Source: Rhodoluna sp.
GTDB taxonomy: Bacteria; Actinomycetota; Actinomycetes; Actinomycetales; Microbacteriaceae
Direction of reading: 5' to 3'
Assembly (NCBI GenBank): GCA_024645105.1
Contig: JAHEGM010000003.1
Coordinates: 1 to 55,827 of the forward strand
Length of the DNA: 55,827 nucleotides
How positions within the stretch are numbered: the stretch's first letter is position 1; every line of letters begins with the position of its first letter. Below, piece by piece: positions 24,585 through 33,406 of this stretch. The notes below the pieces were generated by a model. That model was not told the origin of the DNA. It worked only from the letters and a program-made list of their open reading frames with translations, and did no database searches. Made by a program: the position numbers and the translations under genes.

Positions 24585-25858
24585 TGGACAGAAACTCTTC
24601 AGAACTTGGCTACACCGATTTCGATCGCGAGAGATTTCTAACGGAATCAAGAAGTTCAAACGGTCATCGCGGAGAATTTGCCCGAGATCGCGCTCGTGTT
24701 TTGCATTCTTCCGCGCTCAGGCGCTTGGGGGCAAAGACCCAGGTGCTCTCACCTAGCGGAGGTGACTTTGCGCGCACCCGTCTGACACATTCTTTAGAAG
24801 TTGCACAAATCGGCCGTGAGATGGCGATTGATCTTGGTCTAAATGCAGACATCGTTGACATGGCTTGCCTAGCTCACGACCTGGGCCACCCACCTTTTGG
24901 CCACAACGGTGAGAAGGGCCTAAATGATTGGGCCGCAAACATAGGCGGGTTTGAAGGAAACGCCCAAACTCTGAGACTGCTGACGCGAATTGAACCCAAA
25001 GTGTTTCTAGAAGATGGCACCAGCGTGGGTCTTAATCTAACCAGGGCAAGCCTAGATGCGGCTTGCAAGTACCCTTGGACGCTTTCCGAGGCTGGCGAGA
25101 TGCGAGAGCACTCAATCAAATTTGGTGTTTACGATGATGATCTTGAGATTTACAACTGGATGCGAATTGGTGCACCAAATCGCGTAAAGAGCGTTGAAGC
25201 ACAGGTGATGGATTTCTCTGACGATGTGGCGTATTCGGTTCACGATTTTGAAGACGCAATTGTTTCTGGATACATCAACCTTGAGCAACTAGCCGACCCG
25301 GCCGCACAAGCAGAACTTTTAGAGAAAATTCGTGACTGGAATTCTGATGTGTATTCCACCTCAGTACTCGCAGAGGCGCTGAGCAGGCTAAGGCAGCTGC
25401 CTAATTGGCCAATAAAGTTTGACCGATCGCCTGAAATGCTGGGTGGGCTGAAAAATCTTGCAAGTGATTTAATCGGGAGATTTGTTAGTCAGACAATTCA
25501 GGCAATTGTTGATTCCTCTCCGGTTGAGTCAATGGCTAGATTTGGTTCTCGTCTAGAAGTGCCGGCTGGGGTGAAAGCCGAAATTGCAGTGCTCAAGGGC
25601 ATCGTCTCGGCATTCTTAATGTCACACGAGTCAAGGCGCCCAATCTATGAGTGGCAGCGTGAGCTACTCACCGAATTAGCCGAGGCTCTGCTTGCCGCAA
25701 ACGGCCAAAGTCTTGATGTGTATTGCACCAGCGCCTGGGCCAAGGCTAAAACTGAGACCCAGCAGCGCCGGGTGATTGTGGATCAGGTTGCATCACTTAC
25801 CGATCAGAGCGCAATTACCCTGCACAACCGATTGGTAGTAAAAGGGCCTAGCTTCTAA
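24584..25858 (+). CDS. dgt: dGTP triphosphohydrolase (HD superfamily)
   Basis: RTRLTHSLEV, AHDLGHPPFGH, FEGNAQ and DDVAYSVHD motifs. Confidence 0.96.
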   Translation: MDRNSSELGYTDFDRERFLTESRSSNGHRGEFARDRARVLHSSALRRLGAKTQVLSPSGGDFARTRLTHSLEVAQIGREMAIDLGLNADIVDMACLAHDLGHPPFGHNGEKGLNDWAANIGGFEGNAQTLRLLTRIEPKVFLEDGTSVGLNLTRASLDAACKYPWTLSEAGEMREHSIKFGVYDDDLEIYNWMRIGAPNRVKSVEAQVMDFSDDVAYSVHDFEDAIVSGYINLEQLADPAAQAELLEKIRDWNSDVYSTSVLAEALSRLRQLPNWPIKFDRSPEMLGGLKNLASDLIGRFVSQTIQAIVDSSPVESMARFGSRLEVPAGVKAEIAVLKGIVSAFLMSHESRRPIYEWQRELLTELAEALLAANGQSLDVYCTSAWAKAKTETQQRRVIVDQVASLTDQSAITLHNRLVVKGPSF

Positions 25859-25889
25859 TGCCGCGATTCGAAAGCCTAGGATAAGAGGC

Positions 25890-27761
25890 ATGGCAGGCAA
25901 GATTAGGGCACGCGACATTGAAGAGGTCAAGTCACGCGTAAATATTGCCGATGTCGTTGGGGAGTACGTGTCCCTCAAAAACGCCAGCGTGGGCTCGCTA
26001 AAGGGCTTGTGCCCCTTTCATGATGAGAAATCCCCGTCTTTTAATGTGCGCCCAATGCAGGGGTTTTACCACTGCTTTGGCTGCGGCGAGGGCGGTGACG
26101 TATACAAGTTTGTCCAGCAGATGGATTCCATTAGTTTCACCGAGGCGGTTGAGAAACTTGCCGCAAGAGTTGGCTTTGAACTTAGTTACGAAGAGGGTGG
26201 CGCCAGCATAGATCAAGGCCAGCGCTCAAGAATTTTGGAAGCAAATAATGCCGCTGCCGCTTTTTATTCTTCGCAGCTAATGACCGATGACGCTATTCCG
26301 GGTAGAGATTTTCTAAAAGGCAGAGGGTTTGATAAGGCAGCCGCAGAAATCTTTGGAGTGGGTTTTGCTCCTAAAGGCTGGAGTAACCTAACTGATCACC
26401 TCAAAACTCTTGGCTTCACCATCGAGGAGCTGGTTACCGCAGGCCTTGCGACAAAGAGTGACAGGGGCGCCTATGACAAATTCAGAGGTCGCCTAATCTG
26501 GCCAATCAGAGACACCACCGGTCAAGTAATTGGCTTTGGCGCTCGAAAGCTGTTCGACGACGACCAGGGGCCAAAGTATCTCAACACCAGTGACACCTTG
26601 GTCTATCACAAGTCAGCTGTGCTCTACGGAATTGATCTAGCAAAAAGAGACATCTCAAAGCAGCAACAGGTTGTTGTGGTTGAGGGCTACACAGATGTGA
26701 TGGCTTGCCACCTGGCAGGCATCACCACCGCGGTTGCTACCTGCGGCACAGCATTTGGCGATGATCACATTCGAATCATCAACCGAATGCTCTCTGCCGA
26801 AAAAGACACACCGGCTCAGGTCATATTTACTTTTGACCCTGATGCCGCAGGGCAGAAAGCTGCGATGCGCGCTTTTAATGACTCGCACAAGTTTTCCGCG
26901 CAAACTTTTGTTGCCGTTGGGCCAGAAGGTTTAGATCCTTGTGATTTGAGAAGTCAAAAGGGTGACGAAGCCGTTCGGCTCATGCTTGAGAATAAAAAAC
27001 CGCTATTTGAATTTGCCATCAAGCAAAAAATTGGAAAGTTTGATTTAGCAACGATTGAAGGCCGCGTAGGGGCAGCTCGAGCAGCCGCCCCCGTAGTTGC
27101 TGCCATTCGCGACTCTGCCATGCGCCCGGCTTACATCAGGGAATTAGCTGGCTGGGTGAGTCTTGATGGAAATGAGGTCGCAGCCCTGGTTGATGCCGCC
27201 GGTAAAGAGTCAAGAAGCGAAGCCGTAAAAGATCTTCGACGTGACGCGCAAAGCACAGAGGCCGAAGCTTCGGCTGAGCCAGCTGGTGAATTTGCCATTC
27301 CGAATCTAACTGACCCAATCACGCGCTTTGAGCGCCAAGTTTTAGAGGTGCTGGTTCAAGTTCCTAAGTCTTATTCGAACGATCAAGTAATTCGAATAGT
27401 CAGAGACGGCTTCAGTGCGCCGGCCCACAATGCAATCCTCGAGGCAATCGGTTCAAGTCTCGTGTCACACGGTTCTTCAGATTGGCTAAATGTGATTGGC
27501 GGGGCAACCCCGGCTGAACTTCATTCTCTGCTGCGCTCGATTGCTGCGCAGGCACTTCCGGCGAAGAACGAGGCTGACCTAATTAGATACGGGCAGGGTG
27601 TCGTCTCAAGAGCGCTAATCAACGCGCTGGCACACGAAAAGGCCAACCTGCTTGCAGCTCTTAGGCGCAGCGACATTGCCGAAGACCCTACTGCGAGTTC
27701 AAAGATTCAACGCGAGTTAGTTGAACTTGAAGCGGAGCGCAGAAAGCTTCAAGGAATCTAA
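25890..27761 (+). CDS. dnaG: DNA primase
   Basis: CPFH..CFGC Zn domain, PKYLN, VEGYTD TOPRIM, FDPDAAG, DPCD. Confidence 0.98.
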   Translation: MAGKIRARDIEEVKSRVNIADVVGEYVSLKNASVGSLKGLCPFHDEKSPSFNVRPMQGFYHCFGCGEGGDVYKFVQQMDSISFTEAVEKLAARVGFELSYEEGGASIDQGQRSRILEANNAAAAFYSSQLMTDDAIPGRDFLKGRGFDKAAAEIFGVGFAPKGWSNLTDHLKTLGFTIEELVTAGLATKSDRGAYDKFRGRLIWPIRDTTGQVIGFGARKLFDDDQGPKYLNTSDTLVYHKSAVLYGIDLAKRDISKQQQVVVVEGYTDVMACHLAGITTAVATCGTAFGDDHIRIINRMLSAEKDTPAQVIFTFDPDAAGQKAAMRAFNDSHKFSAQTFVAVGPEGLDPCDLRSQKGDEAVRLMLENKKPLFEFAIKQKIGKFDLATIEGRVGAARAAAPVVAAIRDSAMRPAYIRELAGWVSLDGNEVAALVDAAGKESRSEAVKDLRRDAQSTEAEASAEPAGEFAIPNLTDPITRFERQVLEVLVQVPKSYSNDQVIRIVRDGFSAPAHNAILEAIGSSLVSHGSSDWLNVIGGATPAELHSLLRSIAAQALPAKNEADLIRYGQGVVSRALINALAHEKANLLAALRRSDIAEDPTASSKIQRELVELEAERRKLQGI

Positions 27762-28669
27762 TGTTGCAGGTTGCCATGGAGCCAAAGGCGTTCCCCGAAT
27801 ACGTTCAGGCAGTTTCCGAAGCAGGCGGTGAGGTTGTGCCGCTTAGCCCAAGCGTCAAAGGGCTGATTTGGTTGGACTACTCACAGCCAGAGGCTTTGAG
27901 TCAGACGCTTGATGCAAATCCGCAAATTGAATGGGTGCAGTTGCCTTTTGCCGGCGTTGACGCCTTCGCCGAAATCATAAACCGCCCCATCAGATTCACT
28001 TCGGCCAAAGGCGCATATCGCGAGCCAGTTGCCGAGCATGCGCTAGCCCTGTCACTGGCGCTGATGCGAATCATTCCAGAGAGAGTTCGAGCAACTTCCT
28101 GGGGAAGGCAATTTGCCGAATCGCTTTACGACAGCAATGTTTTGATTTTTGGTGGTGGGGGTATCACCGAGGAGCTCTTGAAACTTCTTGCACCTTTCAG
28201 GGCAAAGGTGACTGTAGTTCGCAATAGAGCCATTCCGCTTTCCGGAGCAACCAAGACGGTAGGTTTCGACCAGTTAGATGAAGAGCTACCACACGCCGAT
28301 TTGGTGATTTTGGCCTCTGCTTTGACCAGTCAAACCCATCATGCTTTCAACGCCGCCAGGTTTGCCCTAATGAAGCCGTCGGCTTATCTGGTGAACGTGG
28401 CTCGTGGGCCAGTGATTCATACTCAGGACTTGATTGCCGCGCTAAATAACGAGGTCATTGCCGGGGCTAGCGTAGATGTGACAGACCCAGAACCGCTGCC
28501 CGAGGGCCATGCACTGTGGAGCGCCAAAAACGTCATTATTACCCCGCATTCGGCCGATACCCGCAAACAGGTGGTTCGCCTATTCTCTGTGCGAATTCGC
28601 GAAAACGTGATTGCCTTTGGTAAAGGTAGCGGCTGGGTTGGCGAAGTAGACCCCAAGTTTGGCTACTAA
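27761..28669 (+). CDS. D-isomer-specific 2-hydroxyacid dehydrogenase
   Basis: VAEHAL, GGGGI nucleotide loop, NVARG, DVTDPEP and ITPH catalytic motifs. Confidence 0.9.
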   Translation: MLQVAMEPKAFPEYVQAVSEAGGEVVPLSPSVKGLIWLDYSQPEALSQTLDANPQIEWVQLPFAGVDAFAEIINRPIRFTSAKGAYREPVAEHALALSLALMRIIPERVRATSWGRQFAESLYDSNVLIFGGGGITEELLKLLAPFRAKVTVVRNRAIPLSGATKTVGFDQLDEELPHADLVILASALTSQTHHAFNAARFALMKPSAYLVNVARGPVIHTQDLIAALNNEVIAGASVDVTDPEPLPEGHALWSAKNVIITPHSADTRKQVVRLFSVRIRENVIAFGKGSGWVGEVDPKFGY

Positions 28670-28755
28670 AGTAGCGATTTAGGCACTCTAATTGGGCCCT
28701 AGACCAATACGGGGCCAAAATGTTTGGTAATGTAGTCCAGTTGCTAAATCAACAT

Positions 28756-28831
28756 TCCTCGGTAGCTCAATTGGCAGAGCAATCGGCTGTTAACCGATAG
28801 GTTCTTGGTTCGAGTCCAAGCCGGGGAGCCA
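28756..28831 (+). tRNA. tRNA-Asn(GTT)
   Basis: TCCTCGG/CCGGGGA acceptor stem, ATCGG-CTGTTAA-CCGAT anticodon arm, GGTTCGAGTCC T arm, encoded CCA. Confidence 0.97.
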
Positions 28832-28858
28832 CTCTTTTTCAATGATCAGGAGGCCACG

Positions 28859-30130
28859 TTGATACGTTGGATCCAAGATCACAGATGGCTCTCTTCATCA
28901 CTCATTTCAGGTTTCGCGTTTCTGCTTTTCGGCGGGATTGACCTACTTGCACAGGGCTATAACGCCCTTATAGTCACCGCAATTCTTTCGGCAGCAATTG
29001 TCTTCGCAGCCACATTCGCTCAACTCAGTATCGTCTTGACAGTAATCGGCACCGTGCTTGAGATCTATTTAGGTCTCTCTCCCGTGATCGGCGGGCTAAG
29101 TGCAGCTATGGCCCTGTTCTTGACCGCAGCTTTTGCTTCGAGAATCTGGTATTCGATCACACTATCTGTGACGATTATTTCCGGGCTGGCAATAGCTTGG
29201 ACAAACACCTTTTTGCTGCCAATCAACAAAGACATCTATGGTCTTTTCTTGCCCACAGAAATGGCAAGGACTACGGCATTCGTCATACTCACTCTGGTTG
29301 TGATCGCAGGAAACATTCTCTTTTGGCTGCTTGGCCGACTTGCGATTACCTATGAGGTTTTCGTTGGTACCGAATTTGACCGCGCGCTCTCGGCCGAAAC
29401 TCAAGCCAAGCTGTCGCTTGAGGTTGCCGAGCAAAATGAACGCTTTGAGATTGCCAGAGATATCAACGAGCTGATTATTCAAAAGGTTACCGCGGTAATT
29501 TCACAAGCCGAGGGTGGCATTTATGCCGCGAAGGCCGATTTGAATTCCTCATTGCGTTCCCTTGAAAAAGTGGGCCTAAGCGCACGGGCAGCCCACGTTG
29601 AGCTAAGGCGTCTTTTTGACATGCTGAACAAGACGCACAGTATTTCAGCGGCGCCTCCAGGCATCGACGAGTTGGATGCTCTTGTGGTGACCTATCGCGA
29701 ATTTGGCTACAGCGTTTCGCTTTCGCACGAGGGGCCAAGATTCGCAATTTCAGAGGGTGCCAGCCTGGCTATTTATCGAATTGTTTTTGATGCATTGGAA
29801 AACGTCAAGAGGCACTGCATCGTTGGAACTGACGTATCGATTGATTTTTCTTGGGTAGCCGAGGGAATGCAAGTTTTGATAAAAGATAACGGCACAGAAT
29901 CTGAGCGTCGTTCCCAAGTGTCACTTGATGAAATATCTTCAGGCTACACAGCCGAGGATGACGTTAGAGCTTTGGTAGAAACTATCAAGGGAGCGGGAAT
30001 CACCGCCATGAAAGAGCGCGCCGCGCTTTATGGGGGCAGCATAGAAGCAACTAGAGTTCCGGGTGTTGGATTCACTGTTTCAGCAATCTTCCCGCACCTT
30101 CGAGCGCTTGCCGGGGTAGATCAAAAGTGA
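28859..30130 (+). CDS. Membrane sensor histidine kinase-like protein (HisKA_3/HATPase_c) lacking the H-box His
   Basis: About 6 TM segments; ERFEIARDINE H-box region, YRIVFDALENVKRH N-box, IKDNG, GAGITAMKERAALYGG; AGGAGG before TTG 28859. Confidence 0.85.
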   Translation: MIRWIQDHRWLSSSLISGFAFLLFGGIDLLAQGYNALIVTAILSAAIVFAATFAQLSIVLTVIGTVLEIYLGLSPVIGGLSAAMALFLTAAFASRIWYSITLSVTIISGLAIAWTNTFLLPINKDIYGLFLPTEMARTTAFVILTLVVIAGNILFWLLGRLAITYEVFVGTEFDRALSAETQAKLSLEVAEQNERFEIARDINELIIQKVTAVISQAEGGIYAAKADLNSSLRSLEKVGLSARAAHVELRRLFDMLNKTHSISAAPPGIDELDALVVTYREFGYSVSLSHEGPRFAISEGASLAIYRIVFDALENVKRHCIVGTDVSIDFSWVAEGMQVLIKDNGTESERRSQVSLDEISSGYTAEDDVRALVETIKGAGITAMKERAALYGGSIEATRVPGVGFTVSAIFPHLRALAGVDQK

Positions 30131-30801
30131 CTCAAGTTCTCAGAGTTGGTTTGATTGATGCCGATTCAGACATTCGATTCGGGCGAAGAATGTTGATTGA
30201 CTCTCAAGAGGACTGCAAAGTATTTTTTGAAGAAGATACTGCTGCCGGTGCGTTGCAAAGAGCACCTGAAGCATTGCTTGATGTTTTGGTTATCGATCAC
30301 CGTGTTAGAGGACTAGACGGCATTCAGTTGGTCGGCAAGCTTATTCCGCTTTACCAGGCAAATGATTCCGAGGTCCCGGCAATTATTCTGACCGGCCCAT
30401 ACTTCAGCTATGAGTTATTGCTGTCTTCTATTGCCGCCGGCGCAACCGATCTTGTCACTCTGGACTCAGATTCCGGTGAACTGCTGAAGTCAATCAGGTC
30501 TTCCTCGGCCAAAGAGGACTCGCTTGACTTTGACTCGCTCAAATCTTTGATGAACCGTGCCGGCGGCGCTGTCTTTGATGTGCCAGATATTTTGGTGAAG
30601 CTTGGTTCGCTAGAAGATCACGAGCCAGAAGTGTTAAACCAATTCAAGCTGGGTAAAGACGATGACCAGATTGCCGCCGAACTCGATCTGCCTAAGTATC
30701 GGGTTAGGCAATGCATGAAAGCTATTCTGGCTAAATGTGGCTTGGCAACCAGGGCGCAATTATTTCTAGCGGTCAATGCGGCGGACGGTAAAAATGGCTA
30801 A
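30127..30801 (+). CDS. Atypical NarL/LuxR family response regulator
   Basis: REC-like DVLVID..GLDG and AAGAT segments; LuxR-like QIAAELDL...ILAKCGLATRAQL; GTGA overlap with the kinase gene. Confidence 0.85.
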   Translation: MTQVLRVGLIDADSDIRFGRRMLIDSQEDCKVFFEEDTAAGALQRAPEALLDVLVIDHRVRGLDGIQLVGKLIPLYQANDSEVPAIILTGPYFSYELLLSSIAAGATDLVTLDSDSGELLKSIRSSSAKEDSLDFDSLKSLMNRAGGAVFDVPDILVKLGSLEDHEPEVLNQFKLGKDDDQIAAELDLPKYRVRQCMKAILAKCGLATRAQLFLAVNAADGKNG

Positions 30802-31489
30802 AAGTTCAACCGTCACATCAATCTCTATAGGAGTGGGCCTAGCAACTGGAATCTACGGCATCTCTTTTGGTGCTCTTTCGGTTGCTGCCGGACTTGATAT
30901 TTTTCAAACTCAGGTTTTGAGTTTGCTCATGTTTAGCGGTGGCTCACAATTTGCTTTTGTGGGCGTGATAGCGGCTACCGGTATTGGCGGAGCGGGTTTG
31001 GGTGCGGCCATTATCTCGGCATGGCTACTTGGAATTAGAAACGGTTTCTACGCCGTGCGAATGGCACCTATTCTCAATCGCGTTGGGCTAGCCAAGCTTG
31101 TGCCCGCATTGCTGACAATTGATGAATCAACGGCCGTTGCAACCTCGCAGGCCAACCTCAAAGATCAAGCCAAAGGGTTTTGGCTTACCGGGGCAGCAGT
31201 CTTTGTATTTTGGAATCTAATGACTTTCGCAGGTGCCATCCTGGGTGACGCTCTTGGCGATCCGCGTGCTTGGGGACTAGATGCAGCGGCAGCGGCAGCA
31301 TTTCTAGGCTTGCTCTGGCCAAGACTGGTTGAACGTCAGGCTCTTGCGGTGGGCGCAGCTGCTCTGATTATCGCAACGGCAACCACCTCGTTCTTGCCAG
31401 CCGGTGTTCCAGTGCTGCTTGCAGGTTTTGCGGCTGTTGTGGTTGGCGCTTTCAATTGGTTTTCTCCAAGTCAGGAGAACTCAAAGTGA
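30794..31489 (+). CDS. azlC: AzlC family branched-chain amino acid exporter subunit
   Basis: GISFGAL, SLLMFSGGSQFA, TIDESTAV and GLDAAAAAAFLGLL motifs. Confidence 0.9.
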   Translation: MAKSSTVTSISIGVGLATGIYGISFGALSVAAGLDIFQTQVLSLLMFSGGSQFAFVGVIAATGIGGAGLGAAIISAWLLGIRNGFYAVRMAPILNRVGLAKLVPALLTIDESTAVATSQANLKDQAKGFWLTGAAVFVFWNLMTFAGAILGDALGDPRAWGLDAAAAAAFLGLLWPRLVERQALAVGAAALIIATATTSFLPAGVPVLLAGFAAVVVGAFNWFSPSQENSK

Positions 31490-31797
31490 CTCTGTGGTTG
31501 GCAATCTTTATCGCTAGTGCTGCTGTTTACTCGTGGAAAATACTTGGCTATCTTGTTCCAAGTTCTGTCTTGAACCACCCAACTATTTCCAGAATCGCCA
31601 ATCTTCTTACAGTGGCGTTGCTGGCGGCGCTACTTGGAGTTCAAGGACTTACCGATAACGGCCAGATAGTTTTTGATGCTCGTATTCCCGCAATTGGCGT
31701 TGCCGCTGTCTTGCTGTATTTTCGTGCGCCCTTTGTTGTAATGGTGGGCGCGGCCGCCCTTGTCGCTGGGCTTCTTAGATTGTGGTTTGGTGTTTAG
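31486..31797 (+). CDS. azlD: AzlD domain membrane protein
   Basis: Small hydrophobic protein with LLTVALLAAL and DARIPA..RAPF; GTGA overlap with azlC. Confidence 0.85.
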   Translation: MTLWLAIFIASAAVYSWKILGYLVPSSVLNHPTISRIANLLTVALLAALLGVQGLTDNGQIVFDARIPAIGVAAVLLYFRAPFVVMVGAAALVAGLLRLWFGV

Positions 31798-32360
31798 GCT
31801 TCGAGTTTGTCTCGACCAGGTAACCAAGAAAGTCCGGGTTTACCCCAGCCGTTGTCACTGATGATGTCCTCGGAAATTTCTTTCCAGGGTTCGGCTAAGC
31901 GGTCAACGTAAAGTTTTCCATCTAGGTGATCAAATTCGTGTTGGAAAATTCTGGCAAACCAGCCATCTGCCTCTATGCGAATTGGATTCTGATCAAGATC
32001 AATCCCAGTCACCACGACGTTTTCTGCGCGCTTAAGCGGAAAGCGTTCACCAGGAACAGATAGGCAACCTTCAATTTCTGTTTCTTCATCGGCTGGCTCA
32101 TCAATAATTGGGCCAACCTCAAGTGTTGGGTTGATGATTACCCCTCTGCGCTCAGTACCATCGTCGTCAGCGTAGTCATAGGTAAAAATCCGAAGGCCAA
32201 CACCAATTTGGGGAGCTGCTAGCCCTACGCCCGGAGCCTCGTCCATGGTTTCGAACATGTCTGCAACAAGGTCTCTGAGTGCTTGGTTGAATTCAGTGAC
32301 TTCGGCTGCGCGGCTGTGCAGAACTGGCTCGCCGGTTATGCAGATTGGTCTTATGGTCAT
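31794..32360 (-). CDS. def: Peptide deformylase
   Basis: GVGLAAPQIG, EGCLS and QHEFDHLDG motifs. Confidence 0.97.
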   Translation of the reverse strand: MTIRPICITGEPVLHSRAAEVTEFNQALRDLVADMFETMDEAPGVGLAAPQIGVGLRIFTYDYADDDGTERRGVIINPTLEVGPIIDEPADEETEIEGCLSVPGERFPLKRAENVVVTGIDLDQNPIRIEADGWFARIFQHEFDHLDGKLYVDRLAEPWKEISEDIISDNGWGKPGLSWLPGRDKLEA

Positions 32361-32422
32361 TAGGTAAATTTACCGCCTAGCCTGACCGGATTCCGGTAGC
32401 AACGGCGATATAGTCAAGTGAG

Positions 32423-33364
32423 ATGTTATTTGGAAGCGATGTAAACCTAGTGGCTTATGGCCCGGGCGTAGACCTACGATTTTTGGCAATTCTTCTTGCC
32501 ATTCTCGCCGCAGTGGCACTGGCATTCGGAGCGCAGTTCCAAAATGACGCCGTTTCAGCCGGCCCAAATCGTAAGAAAACGAACAGCAAGATCAAAGGGC
32601 GCGGCTCTTTGTCTCTTCGCCAGCTAGCTTCATTGCTGGTGAAACCCAGGTGGCTATCGGGAACAGCGTTCATGGCTCTTGGAATTGGGTTGCAGTTGGG
32701 CGCGCTTTCCTTGGCCCCGCTTATTGTGGTTCAACCAATTGGGGCTATCGCGCTTGTAATCACCTCGCTGTTGAACGCCAGAATCACTAAGACCAAATTA
32801 AATCGCGGAACAATAATTGCTATTTCACTTTGTACTATCGGAATCGCGGCCTTTGTGGCCATGGCATCCGGGGTTGCAAACGAGACAGTGCTGAATGATG
32901 ATCGTCTAAGAGAGGTACTCACCGTACTTGGAGTGATCCTGGTTATTTTCACCATCTTGTTTTTCACAATCGGCAAACAGGCAAAGGCACTTACCTATGT
33001 GCTGGGCGCCGGTGTTCTCTATGGTTTTGTGGCAACCCTGGCCAAGGTGGTTATCCAGCGCATTTATCAGGGTGAATTTGAATGGCTCACCGTGCTTTGC
33101 CTGATTGCCCTTATCGGTGCGGTTTTGCTTGGTAGCTGGTTTGTTCAAAACGCCTACGCTTCAGGCCCGCCAGACCTGGTTATAGCCGGTTTGACAGTGA
33201 TTGATCCGCTGGTAGCCGTCAGCATTGGTATCGTCATTCTGGGTGAGGCAACGGCGGCCAGCCTGCCCGTGATGATTGGCTTCAGTTTCAGCGCGGTTTT
33301 GGCCGTTATAGGCGTTTATCTTCTCTCGAAGGTACATCCAGAACTCGTTCACAAGCCTCACTAG
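32423..33364 (+). CDS. DMT superfamily membrane protein (NIPA/Mg transporter-like)
   Basis: APLIVVQPIGA, QNAYASGP and LTVIDPLVAV segments; about 9 TM segments. Confidence 0.75.
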   Translation: MLFGSDVNLVAYGPGVDLRFLAILLAILAAVALAFGAQFQNDAVSAGPNRKKTNSKIKGRGSLSLRQLASLLVKPRWLSGTAFMALGIGLQLGALSLAPLIVVQPIGAIALVITSLLNARITKTKLNRGTIIAISLCTIGIAAFVAMASGVANETVLNDDRLREVLTVLGVILVIFTILFFTIGKQAKALTYVLGAGVLYGFVATLAKVVIQRIYQGEFEWLTVLCLIALIGAVLLGSWFVQNAYASGPPDLVIAGLTVIDPLVAVSIGIVILGEATAASLPVMIGFSFSAVLAVIGVYLLSKVHPELVHKPH

Positions 33365-33406
33365 GGGTAAAATTGAGGGGTTGGGCTATCCCAGCCATTT
33401 CCCCAA

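Noticed and set aside
24584-25858. dGTPase as an anti-phage defence gene
   Set aside because: Sits in the housekeeping dusB-dgt-dnaG context with no defence-island neighbours
28805-28858. ORF-track N-terminal extension of the kinase-like gene
   Set aside because: Begins inside tRNA-Asn; AGGAGG supports TTG 28859
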